From Mangrovibacterium sp. (lineage in GTDB: Bacteria; Bacteroidota; Bacteroidia; Bacteroidales; Prolixibacteraceae), in the NCBI GenBank assembly GCA_050178015.1, contig JBFXGM010000012.1, forward strand, positions 31,967 through 95,966: 64,000 nucleotides of DNA. The letters are read 5' to 3'. The translations under genes were made by a program, and so were the position numbers. This document shows, piece by piece, positions 45,046 through 54,039 of the stretch; position 1 is the first letter of the stretch, and each line of letters begins with the position of its first letter. The notes beneath the pieces were generated by a model. It was not told where the DNA came from. It did no database searches and worked only from the letters and a program-made list of their open reading frames with translations.

Positions 45046-45645
45046 TCACATAAAAGAAAGCAAGACCGAACGAACCAACAGGCTCTTGCCGGACATCTTT
45101 TCTCCGTCCAGATAAGGCGCCAAGTCTTCCCGCAATTTCCTGAGCGCCCGGGTGATATTCGCCTCAACAGCTTTCACCGAGATGGCCAACTTATCAGCAA
45201 TTTCCTTGTTCGTCAGGTCTTCGAACCGGCTCAGGCTGAATACTTCGCGACACTGGGGAGGCAAATTTGAAATCGACGTTTGGATTTTTTCGGATAGTTC
45301 GTGAAACAGCATGACATCCTCGCCGGTTTCGCTCAGTAAACGGTAATTAATGGAGGCCAACAAATGATCGGGCTCAGCAGTCATAGCCGACATTTTCTTC
45401 CGGTCGCGCAGCAGGTTCAGGCAGCGGTTACGGATCACGATGAACAGGTAATTCTTCACCTCCGCCTCCGATTCGAGGTTAACATCTCCTTCCCACAACT
45501 TAATAAAGGCCTCCTGTACAACCTGTTGCGCATCATCCTGCCGGTGCAAAAAATGGAACGCAACCACATAAAAGGCATGAAAATGCCTGTTATACATTGT
45601 CTCAAAGGCTTTTTTTCGAATCATCCGGGCTTGACTGACAACCAT
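45046..45645 (-). CDS. ECF RNA polymerase sigma-70 factor (cassette 1)
   Basis: DAQQVVQEAFIKLW, LPPQCREVFSLSR, NKEIADKLAISVKAVE; promoter TAGCTTTG at 45665-45672. Confidence 0.92.
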   Translation of the reverse strand: MVVSQARMIRKKAFETMYNRHFHAFYVVAFHFLHRQDDAQQVVQEAFIKLWEGDVNLESEAEVKNYLFIVIRNRCLNLLRDRKKMSAMTAEPDHLLASINYRLLSETGEDVMLFHELSEKIQTSISNLPPQCREVFSLSRFEDLTNKEIADKLAISVKAVEANITRALRKLREDLAPYLDGEKMSGKSLLVRSVLLSFM

Positions 45646-45865
45646 TTTTTGGATCTATTACCGGCAAAGCTATGAAAAATATCAAAGTCAACAGCGTGCA
45701 CATAAACCCAATGCCATTCAATCTTGAAACGATGAATTCTAAAAAAATAAAGTCTTCAGGAAGTGGCTGCACCTTTCCCTTTGCCCTGTTTTTACCATCT
45801 TGATAAAAATCCTCTTTTCGGGACTGCCCCGCTAGCTCTCCCTGATTTGTCCGGACCAACTTCAG

Positions 45866-45932
45866 ATCTTCTGTGTATCTTCTGTATATCTTCTGTGTAT
45901 CTTCTGTATTCAAATACACAGAATAGATACAG
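45866..45932. repeat. 11-bp tandem repeat ATCTTCTGT(G/A)T x4 followed by inverted partial copies
   Basis: Units at 45866, 45877, 45888, 45899 alternate G/A (22-bp higher-order repeat); ATACACAGAA and ATACAG downstream are reverse complements of the unit. Confidence 0.85.
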
Positions 45933-46053
45933 TATAAACATTGAATAAACGACTTGGATATGGAGCAGGTATGAGCCAACTAGCAGGAAGAATATTGGGA
46001 AAAAAATTTCAGGGAGGGAGGGCCAATATGCATCGAATCATCCAGCCACTCCT

Positions 46054-47046
46054 CTAATTGGTTTCAACGATTTCAGTCATAAAATCAACCATATAATTTA
46101 CCGTTTCATCCACCCAGGGATGAAATAACCAAAACGGGTGGATTTGCACATCAAATTTGTGCAATTCGTGGTAAATCCCCCAGCGCTCCATCATCGACAT
46201 CATTTCGTACTGACCGGCCGTAAAACGTGGAAAGCCACTATTCAGAAACAGCACCGGGACCGAATTTTCATTCAGCCAGAAAATCGGTGAAGCTTCTTTC
46301 CAGCGGTCGGGACGGTTGTAAAAGTCGCCTTCGAGCCATTGCACATCGGGCGAGTCGGGCCGGCGATCCAAGCTCAATGACAGTGGGGCCATAAAATCCA
46401 GTACACCATCAACATCAATTACCGCCTGCACCGCACTCGATTGGTCGTTGTTGCCCATGCTGCCTTCAAACTGCTCAACACCATTCGTCATGCCCACCAA
46501 CGCAGCCAACTGTCCGCCTGCCGAACAGCCCGAAATGGCAATAAAATCGGGATCAATGTTGAATTGATCAGCATTGGTCCGCAGCCAACGAATGGCCGCT
46601 TTGATATTATGAACGGCTGCCGGGTATTTGGCTTCGAGCGACAACTGGTATTCCACCGCCACCGTAACGAAACCCTGCCGGGCAATCATCTGGGCCATGG
46701 GCACCTGCAACGATTTGTCGCCGGCACGCCAGCCCCCGCCGTGAACCAATACCAGTGCCGGATATTTACCTGCCTTTTCGGGACGAAACAAATCGACATG
46801 CAAATCGCGCGGACCAAACGGGGTTTCGGGCAAATGGGCATACACCAAATCGCGCTCGGCAATCACGCCCGCCGGAACACTGTCCTTCGCAGGAACAGCT
46901 TGGGGATAGTTGTTTTTTATTTGGCGGTGTACCCGCGGGACATTGAAGGTGGTGTCGGTCGGGATAGTGGTACCTTGTATGAACTGGGCGTTGACGCCCG
47001 AATAAAAACAAATTGCGATAAGCAAGCTGAAAAAATGTACTTTCAT
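46054..47046 (-). CDS. Exported alpha/beta hydrolase (putative pectin/RG acetyl esterase)
   Basis: LVHGGGW, SGCSAGG, DVDG, HPFWLFHPW; signal peptide from MKVHFF; promoter TAATTTTG at 47083-47090. Confidence 0.82.
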   Translation of the reverse strand: MKVHFFSLLIAICFYSGVNAQFIQGTTIPTDTTFNVPRVHRQIKNNYPQAVPAKDSVPAGVIAERDLVYAHLPETPFGPRDLHVDLFRPEKAGKYPALVLVHGGGWRAGDKSLQVPMAQMIARQGFVTVAVEYQLSLEAKYPAAVHNIKAAIRWLRTNADQFNIDPDFIAISGCSAGGQLAALVGMTNGVEQFEGSMGNNDQSSAVQAVIDVDGVLDFMAPLSLSLDRRPDSPDVQWLEGDFYNRPDRWKEASPIFWLNENSVPVLFLNSGFPRFTAGQYEMMSMMERWGIYHELHKFDVQIHPFWLFHPWVDETVNYMVDFMTEIVETN

Positions 47047-47151
47047 GGGTTTCGATTGATTCGTCAGGTTAAACTTGAGTGTCAAAATTAGAGGTTATAA
47101 ATTTTGAAGCGGGGTAAAAATCACCGCAATGCCGGGGGTGAATTATCAAAT

Positions 47152-47191
47152 AAAACAGAGGGCCACTTATTACAAGACAGCCCTCCGTTTT
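47152..47191 (-). terminator. Bidirectional terminator after susD2
   Basis: AAAAC-a-GAGGGC / GCCCTC-c-GTTTT. Confidence 0.65.
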
Positions 47192-47201
47192 ATGAATTGA
47201 A

Positions 47202-48752
47202 TTAATTTGAATATCCCGGATTTTGATCCAAGTTTGGGTTGTTTGTTATTTGAATGGCGGGGATTGGATAAAGACCTCTCCATCCATCTGCTATCGGATC
47301 TTCGACCTGTTGTTTATAAAACCAGGTACTTGTAAAATAAGTTCCAAAACGGATCATGTCAGACCGACGTTTTCCTTCCCAAATAAATTCGCGGGCTCGT
47401 TCCTTGTCAATGTCTTCTAATGTCAAACTTGTTAAGTCAGCACAATTGCTTCTTTTCCGAACCTGATTAACCAGGCCTAATGCAATAGCGGCGTCCTGCC
47501 CCAGGCGGGTCAGGGCCTCGGCTTTCATCAGCAAAACGTTCGCATAGCGATCAACGACATAGTCATTATTCGCGTTGTAGCTTGTAAAGGTGGCACCGAC
47601 CGGCGAATACTTCAACACTTTATAACCTTCATTATCAGCAATTGCCATACGGGTAGGCTCAACCAAGGTGATTAAATTCAATTGAACGCCTTTAGAGTCA
47701 ACAAGTGGTGTTACCCCATCTAAGTAGAATTGCGGTCCATATTCCAATAACTTCAGCCGGTCATCCCCTTCTTCATAGCGTTCCAGGGCCGTATCATCAA
47801 AGCAATACCCGTTTGCAGGGCCGAAGCCTAAGCCATATTTTTTCTGGTCGAGGGCGGGCTGGGCATACAAGATAAACTGGTTACCGCCCACCCCTTTGGC
47901 CGGGTCAACTGAAATGGCCGTAATCACTTCCGAATTATTCTCGTTAGTAGCCAGGAAACAATCTCCGACACTTGGCTGCAACGCAAAGGCGCCAGTGTTA
48001 ATAACATTGTTGCACATCGTAACGCATTCGCTATATTGCTCGGTCCCCGAATAAACTTTAGCATTCAAATAGACTTCAGCCAATGCTGTATAGACAGATT
48101 CTTTTGTCAAACGAGGGTAATACGAAGCCCGTTGTGCCTGAGTGAACGTTGTGACAGATGGAAGTTCGGCGGCAGCTGCATTAAATTCGTCAACGACAAA
48201 TTGATATACTTCGGCACGCGAATTTGTGCTGGGAAGATTGGTTGCTTCAACTCTGGCACCGGTAAAAACAGGCACGTTGCCCCACCAATCCATGGCCCGA
48301 TAATATCCAAAAGCTCTCAAAGCACGCACTTCAGCAATCATTGCCTTGAAGTCATCGGCATTCGGTGACGATTCCAAACTTGCCAAAACAGCATTTGCCG
48401 CTCCAATTTCCTGAAAAATAGTGGCCCATGCGGTTACCATTCGCCCGTTGCTTGGAGTACATTTGTGAGTCATTACCTCATCAACACCCTGATCATACCA
48501 GCCACCACTTGCCTTGCCCGGGCAGAAGAATTCATCCGTTCCGTACTCGGTGAAACGCCAACCATCGCCACCAGCTGAATGGAAGTTGCCGAAAAGGCTA
48601 TATACACCGACCACTGAAGAAAGAGCTTCCGTTTCATTCTGATAGAAAGTCGTTGGCGAGAGTTTGCCGTAAGTGACTTCATCCAGATCTGTACATGAAG
48701 TGTAAAACATGCCCGCACAAACCAAGGCTGTTAATATTTTATTAGTTTTCAT
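47202..48752 (-). CDS. susD: SusD/RagB family lipoprotein (cassette 2)
   Basis: Lipobox YTS-C; EVRALRAFGYY, RYANVLLMKAEA, ERAREFIWEGKRRSDMIRFG, NPNLDQNPGY. Confidence 0.93.
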   Translation of the reverse strand: MKTNKILTALVCAGMFYTSCTDLDEVTYGKLSPTTFYQNETEALSSVVGVYSLFGNFHSAGGDGWRFTEYGTDEFFCPGKASGGWYDQGVDEVMTHKCTPSNGRMVTAWATIFQEIGAANAVLASLESSPNADDFKAMIAEVRALRAFGYYRAMDWWGNVPVFTGARVEATNLPSTNSRAEVYQFVVDEFNAAAAELPSVTTFTQAQRASYYPRLTKESVYTALAEVYLNAKVYSGTEQYSECVTMCNNVINTGAFALQPSVGDCFLATNENNSEVITAISVDPAKGVGGNQFILYAQPALDQKKYGLGFGPANGYCFDDTALERYEEGDDRLKLLEYGPQFYLDGVTPLVDSKGVQLNLITLVEPTRMAIADNEGYKVLKYSPVGATFTSYNANNDYVVDRYANVLLMKAEALTRLGQDAAIALGLVNQVRKRSNCADLTSLTLEDIDKERAREFIWEGKRRSDMIRFGTYFTSTWFYKQQVEDPIADGWRGLYPIPAIQITNNPNLDQNPGYSN

Positions 48753-48766
48753 TTTTCAATAATTGT

Positions 48767-51700
48767 TTAGAATGACACATTAATTCCAAGAGTATATGTT
48801 CTTGCTTTGGGATAACTCAAATAATCGACGCCCAGAGGTGCTGTTCCGGTACTTGATATCTCAGAGTTCACTTCCGGGTCGAGTCCGGAGTATCCGGTCA
48901 AAACAAACAGGTTCTGTCCGGATACATAAATTCTTGCATTTGACAGGAAAGTGTTCGTTGTATTGAAATTATAGCCTAAAGTCAGGTTATCCAGCCGCAG
49001 GAATGATCCATCTTCGATAAAGCGTGATGAATAGACTTTTGCCTGGCTACGACTTACACCACTTGTGACCGCTTCACGAAATACATTACGTCCCGGCAAA
49101 TTGCTCAGGTAGGCCTGATTGTTACGCGTTCCATTGTAGATGTCGTTGCCTACAATTCCGTGGAGATTTACGGCCAGCGACCAATTTTTGTAGCTAAAAT
49201 TGGATCCCAAACCAAAACTCAAATCGGGTTGTGCGCAACCAATAACTTCACTGGCGCCATCATTGGCATATTGTTCTAATCCATTGGCATCGAAACCGAT
49301 AAATCGTTTGCCGTAGAATGTCCCCAAAGGTTGTCCAGGCGTAATTAATTGAGCATAAGTTCCCGACAAACCTTGTCCTTGAGCAGGAGCGGTCTGCATA
49401 TCCTTACCGATCCATTTGTCGTTACTCAAGCTAAGTACCTTATTCGCGTTGTGGCTAACGTTGACATTAGCAGACCACTTGACCTTTTCGGTCCGAATCA
49501 AATCAGCATTAAAGGTTAATTCGACTCCTGAATTGCGAACTGCACCAACATTTGCAATTTGTTTTGAAATATAGGACGGAGAGGGAACGTCGATGGAGAG
49601 CAACAGGTCGGAAGTCTTTTTGTAGTACCAGTCTAGGCTACCCTGAACGCGGCCTTTAAAAACCGTAAAGTCGAGACCTAAATCGGTCTGGGCAGTTTCT
49701 TCCCATTTCAAATCCGGGTTAGCATACTGCGAGGGCATAACGATTGTGACTTTATTACCACCGACAATATAACCACTACTGCTAGCACTGAGCGTACTTA
49801 ATGCATTGTAGTTTCCAATTTCCTGACTACCGGTTACGCCATAACTGGCGCGGAATTTCAGATCGGAAACAAAATTGCTACTATAGAATTTTTCCTTTGA
49901 AATACGCCATGAAAAAGCAGCCGACGGGAATAGACCCCATTTGTGAGCACTACCAAAGCGGCTCGAACCATCGCGACGAAGCGTTGCTGTGAACAGGTAC
50001 CTGTCATCAAAATTATAATTGATGCGACCATACATCGAAATCAGTTTGTTGGACTGAGCGTAGCTTGTCGGAATTTCAATTGAAGTCGCTGCCTGAATGC
50101 TGTACCACTTGAATACATCTGAAAGAAAACCTGATGCACTTTGACGACTGCCCTCGTCGAAAAAGTATTGATAGGAATATCCCGCCATGGCATCAACCCC
50201 ATGTTTCCCGAACTGCTCGTTGTATTTCAAAATCGTCTCGAGCAACTTGTTATAGTCGTCCAATTTCTGCATACTCACATACCCATTATTGCCATTTCCG
50301 AGCAAATTGCTTTTTGAAATGTATGAATTACGGTCAAGCCGGTTGACATTATAGCCGCCATTGACCTGGAAAGTAAGCGGTTCGATGAAATTATACGAAG
50401 CACTGATGTTTCCTAGAAACTTGGTACTTTTCCGCTCGTCGAGCAGGTCGGTTGTGTACGAAACCGGGTTAACACGATAAGGCGGTACATTGTAATAAGC
50501 TCCGTTTTCATCGAAAACCGGATAGGTCGGATTAAATACGTAAGCTTCATAAAGAATGCTACTTCCCATTTCGCTGCCAACCGTATTTGACACAGGAGCC
50601 TGGTTGGTAGTTTGTTGACCGTAACTCATGTTCACATCGAATTTCAATTTGCCGTCAAGTTCGGTATGAGTAAGATTAATACGGCTGTTAAAGTTCTTCA
50701 CGTCAGAAGCTTTTATAATGCCTTGCTGATCGCTGTAACCTAACGAAACGCGGTAGTTGCTTTTTTCAACACCACCTGTCAACGAGAGAAAATTGCTTGT
50801 CGCCATCGCCGTACGCTCAATACGGTCTTGCCAATTGGCATTATCACCTTTATCGTCTATTGTTAATCCAAGAGTATTTACAATGGATCGGTATTCGTCA
50901 CCTGTTAGCACATCGAGCTGTTTTGACGCATTTGAGAACCCGGTATTAAAAGCGTAATCAAGTTGCGTTCTGCCTGCTTTGCCCCGTTTAGTGGTTATCA
51001 TGATGACACCATTTGCACCCCGTGAACCGTAAATCGCAGTAGCTGAAGCATCCTTCAGAATATTTATCGATTCAATATCATTGGGGTTAATACTTGACAA
51101 GGGGTCTACTGCTTCCTGGTCGAAATAGTCATATGTGCTGCTCAATTTGGTCGAGCTCACTCCAGCAGAAGTTGAAATTGGAACGCCGTCGATAACATAA
51201 AGAGGTTCGTTGGAAGCAGTAATCGATGTACCACCCCGAACACGGATCGTGTTGGTACCCCCGGGTTTACCCGAATTCTGGCTAATACTGACACCGGAAA
51301 TCGACCCTTTCATAATCGCCTGAGGAGTTAAACCTGATCCTACCTGGAAGCGGTCACTACTTATAGAAGAAACTGAACCTGTCAAATCACTTTTTTTCAT
51401 GGTACCGTACCCAATAGCAACCACTTCTTCCAAGCCAATGGCTTCTTCTTTTAAAACCACATTGATCTGCCTTTGACCGGCCACCATCATCTCAACCGAC
51501 TGCATCCCCACAAACGAAAAGAGCAAAGTGGCATCAGCAGGGATATTGCTCAACGAGTATCTTCCTTCGAAGTCAGAAACCGTCCCGTTGGTTGTACCTT
51601 TCAGGAGGATGGTCACCCCGGGAAGCGGCGCTCCCGACGAGTCGGTCACTTTTCCGGAAACCGGTATTTGCTGTTGGGCAGATGACAAATTTGCAGCCGC

Positions 51701-52069
51701 ACTGCCCGATAAAATAATCTGACGCCCGTCAATCTTATAACTGATTCCTGTCTCTTCAAACAGATCGTCCAGCAAAACGGCGATTTTTACGTCCTTCACC
51801 TGCACATCCACTTTCCGGTTCACGTCAACCATACTCCGGCTGTACAGAAAATAAAAATCCGTTTGCTCTTCAATGGACTGAAGCACCGTTTCCACGGAAG
51901 CATTTTTTACATTCATCGAAATGTTCGCGTTTTGTGCCTGGCTTTTGCCGGCAAAACTGTGGATTACTCCCAGTAAAATGATCAAGCAAGTGAGCTTCAT
52001 GTACCGTAGCATTTTAATTATTCGGGGATACAACACGCCCTGAATAATTGGGTTACACTTTTTTTTCAT
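48767..52069 (-). CDS. susC: SusC/RagA TonB-dependent transporter with STN domain (cassette 2)
   Basis: STN, plug NEPLYVIDG, KDASATAIYGSRGANGVI, C-terminal F. Confidence 0.95.
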   Translation of the reverse strand: MKKKCNPIIQGVLYPRIIKMLRYMKLTCLIILLGVIHSFAGKSQAQNANISMNVKNASVETVLQSIEEQTDFYFLYSRSMVDVNRKVDVQVKDVKIAVLLDDLFEETGISYKIDGRQIILSGSAAANLSSAQQQIPVSGKVTDSSGAPLPGVTILLKGTTNGTVSDFEGRYSLSNIPADATLLFSFVGMQSVEMMVAGQRQINVVLKEEAIGLEEVVAIGYGTMKKSDLTGSVSSISSDRFQVGSGLTPQAIMKGSISGVSISQNSGKPGGTNTIRVRGGTSITASNEPLYVIDGVPISTSAGVSSTKLSSTYDYFDQEAVDPLSSINPNDIESINILKDASATAIYGSRGANGVIMITTKRGKAGRTQLDYAFNTGFSNASKQLDVLTGDEYRSIVNTLGLTIDDKGDNANWQDRIERTAMATSNFLSLTGGVEKSNYRVSLGYSDQQGIIKASDVKNFNSRINLTHTELDGKLKFDVNMSYGQQTTNQAPVSNTVGSEMGSSILYEAYVFNPTYPVFDENGAYYNVPPYRVNPVSYTTDLLDERKSTKFLGNISASYNFIEPLTFQVNGGYNVNRLDRNSYISKSNLLGNGNNGYVSMQKLDDYNKLLETILKYNEQFGKHGVDAMAGYSYQYFFDEGSRQSASGFLSDVFKWYSIQAATSIEIPTSYAQSNKLISMYGRINYNFDDRYLFTATLRRDGSSRFGSAHKWGLFPSAAFSWRISKEKFYSSNFVSDLKFRASYGVTGSQEIGNYNALSTLSASSSGYIVGGNKVTIVMPSQYANPDLKWEETAQTDLGLDFTVFKGRVQGSLDWYYKKTSDLLLSIDVPSPSYISKQIANVGAVRNSGVELTFNADLIRTEKVKWSANVNVSHNANKVLSLSNDKWIGKDMQTAPAQGQGLSGTYAQLITPGQPLGTFYGKRFIGFDANGLEQYANDGASEVIGCAQPDLSFGLGSNFSYKNWSLAVNLHGIVGNDIYNGTRNNQAYLSNLPGRNVFREAVTSGVSRSQAKVYSSRFIEDGSFLRLDNLTLGYNFNTTNTFLSNARIYVSGQNLFVLTGYSGLDPEVNSEISSTGTAPLGVDYLSYPKARTYTLGINVSF

Positions 52070-52149
52070 AAATTTGACTTGTTTTTATTTTTGAATAAAG
52101 CATGATAGGCCTGCCGTGAATGTGCAAGATTCCGACAGGCTTTTTTCTA
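52069..52149 (+). ncRNA. Putative antisense sRNA unit 2 (DonS-like)
   Basis: TAAATTTG at 52069-52076 overlaps the susC ATG; hairpin GCCTG..CG..GAAT / ATTC..CG..CAGGC (52109-52140) then T6 abutting the fecR stop. Confidence 0.6.
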
Positions 52150-53199
52150 ATTCCTCATAAACTGTACTTTTTGACGGATTTGTCCCTGTACTTTTTCTTC
52201 AACCAATTGATACCGGATGGGCAAGGCCTGAGAAATCAAATTCATACATTGATCTAGTTTTTCATTTTCCAGCGTACAGGTTAATTCCAGTGTGTTCAAT
52301 TCATGGTCGGTTATGACCATTTCCACATTATACCAACGGCTCAGCTTTTTGACAGCCAAATCCAGTCGTTCATTCTGAATCATCAATTTACCGTCAATCC
52401 AGGCTGCTGAATTGGTTGATTTTACTTCCTTCTTTTCCACTGAATTGGTTTTGGCGTCAAACTGCAACTGTTGCCCCGGATCCAGCTCAATATTTCCCGC
52501 CAGCCCTTCCAAATGAATTTTCCCCTCCAATAGGGTGGCTTCAAAGAATTTATCGGTTGAGTACGCATGAAGGTTAAATTGGGTGCCGGTGACCACGGTT
52601 GTCATCAGCGGATTTTCCACCACAAACGGATGCTTCGGATCGGATTTCACGTCGAAATAGGCTTCACCGTCCACAAACACAGTGCGGTTGGATGCGGTAA
52701 ACTGTTCGGGATATTTTAAAAGCGTGCCGTCATTCAGCCATACGTTAGTCCCGTCGGCCAGTGTCAGACTAGTCCGCGTGCCGGGCTTGGTGTATATTTC
52801 GCGCATGGCGAGTTCTCCCTCCGACAACCAACCGGTTGGTGAACTGAAATACAAATACGCAGTGAAAATTATTAACGGAATGATGAGAATGGCAGCGGCC
52901 CGGGCAAACAACAGGTACATCCGGCCAATCGCTTTTGTATTGGATGGTGAGGCTGTTGAACTGCCATGCTGCGTTTGAATTCGGGAGTGAACCCGGGAAA
53001 GCAATTGGTCGAAATCGGGTTTGCTTCCTGACAACTTAATTTGGGAGTTCGTCCAAATCTCACCCAATAACTGTCGAACCTGGGTTTCGTTTTTCGGGTC
53101 GATCAACCATTCCCGGATTTGCTCCGATTGCAACTGATCGGCTTTTCCTTCGAGGTAATTCTTTATATCATGCTGATTTAATTTCATCCGCCATTTCAT
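52147..53199 (-). CDS. FecR family anti-sigma factor (cassette 2)
   Basis: TM helix, LTLADGTNVWLN, VDGEAYFDV, GTQFNL, WIDG. Confidence 0.92.
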   Translation of the reverse strand: MKWRMKLNQHDIKNYLEGKADQLQSEQIREWLIDPKNETQVRQLLGEIWTNSQIKLSGSKPDFDQLLSRVHSRIQTQHGSSTASPSNTKAIGRMYLLFARAAAILIIPLIIFTAYLYFSSPTGWLSEGELAMREIYTKPGTRTSLTLADGTNVWLNDGTLLKYPEQFTASNRTVFVDGEAYFDVKSDPKHPFVVENPLMTTVVTGTQFNLHAYSTDKFFEATLLEGKIHLEGLAGNIELDPGQQLQFDAKTNSVEKKEVKSTNSAAWIDGKLMIQNERLDLAVKKLSRWYNVEMVITDHELNTLELTCTLENEKLDQCMNLISQALPIRYQLVEEKVQGQIRQKVQFMRN

Positions 53200-53205
53200 T
53201 TTCTC

Positions 53206-53238
53206 CTATACTACGAAACGAAGTGCCGGTTACCCCTA
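53206..53238 (-). promoter_or_regulatory. Putative ECF-sigma promoter upstream of fecR2
   Basis: AGGGG-N18-GTAGTAT on the minus strand, just before the fecR start. Confidence 0.4.
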
Positions 53239-53256
53239 GTCAACCCGAGATTTTTT

Positions 53257-53838
53257 TTACTGAAAAGTGATGAAATAAAAAAGCATGCCCAAAATCCCGC
53301 TCTGGCCAAGCTGTTCGCGTAAGGTTTTCAGCGCGGCAGAGATTTGGTTTTCAACTGTTTTCACCGATACGTTCAGTTGCGCTGCAATTTCTTTGTTGGA
53401 ATATCCCTGTTCCCGGCTCAGTTTAAAAATTTCCTTCCTCTTTTCGGGCAAGGTCTCGATAACCTGGTTTGCGAGCTCCTGAATATTGTTGAATTCAATC
53501 GTGTAATTGGTTTCGTTTGAAGAAAAGGAAGCCACATTTCCCCAAAGCTCCATTTTTCGTTTCTCTGATTTTTCTTTCCGAAGCCAGGAAATGGTTTCGG
53601 AATAAGTAATCGAAAAAACGAATGACTTGAAAGAAAGGTGTTCCTCGATCCGGGCCCTCTTCTCCCATATTTTCAGGAAAACCAGCTGCGTAATTTCTTC
53701 GGCAATGTAGGGTTCCCGGGTGATACTGAGGGCGAAGGCATACAAACTCTCGGCATATTTTTTAAACAAGGCATTGAAGGCAGAAAAATCATCCTGTTTC
53801 AAAAGTTCAACATATGGCCGGTCGTTATTGGTTTGCAT
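53257..53838 (-). CDS. ECF RNA polymerase sigma-70 factor (cassette 2)
   Basis: AEEITQLVFLKIWE, LPEKRKEIFKLSR, NKEIAAQLNVSVKTVENQI; promoter TAGCTTTG at 53861-53868. Confidence 0.92.
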   Translation of the reverse strand: MQTNNDRPYVELLKQDDFSAFNALFKKYAESLYAFALSITREPYIAEEITQLVFLKIWEKRARIEEHLSFKSFVFSITYSETISWLRKEKSEKRKMELWGNVASFSSNETNYTIEFNNIQELANQVIETLPEKRKEIFKLSREQGYSNKEIAAQLNVSVKTVENQISAALKTLREQLGQSGILGMLFYFITFQ

Positions 53839-53965
53839 ACCATTTTATTCGGAAGAAGAACAAAGCTAGGAAAATATTTCCACTCTCAATTCCCATTGTC
53901 AGGATCTTGATTCTTCCTGCAACAGCAAACCTAATGGAAATGGTCAAGCCGGATACGCATAAGAA

Positions 53966-53993
53966 AATACCCCGAAGTTTCCTCCGGGGTATT
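53966..53993. terminator. Terminator-like hairpin after susD3
   Basis: AATACCCCG / CGGGGTATT 9-bp stem. Confidence 0.65.
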
Positions 53994-54039
53994 AAAAAAA
54001 TATGACAAATCTAGAATCACAAAAATACTCTGTATCAGA

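Noticed and set aside
45602-45979. 125-aa ORF containing the 11-bp repeat
   Set aside because: Overlaps the sigma start and promoter; an 11-bp period is not codon-compatible; no motif.
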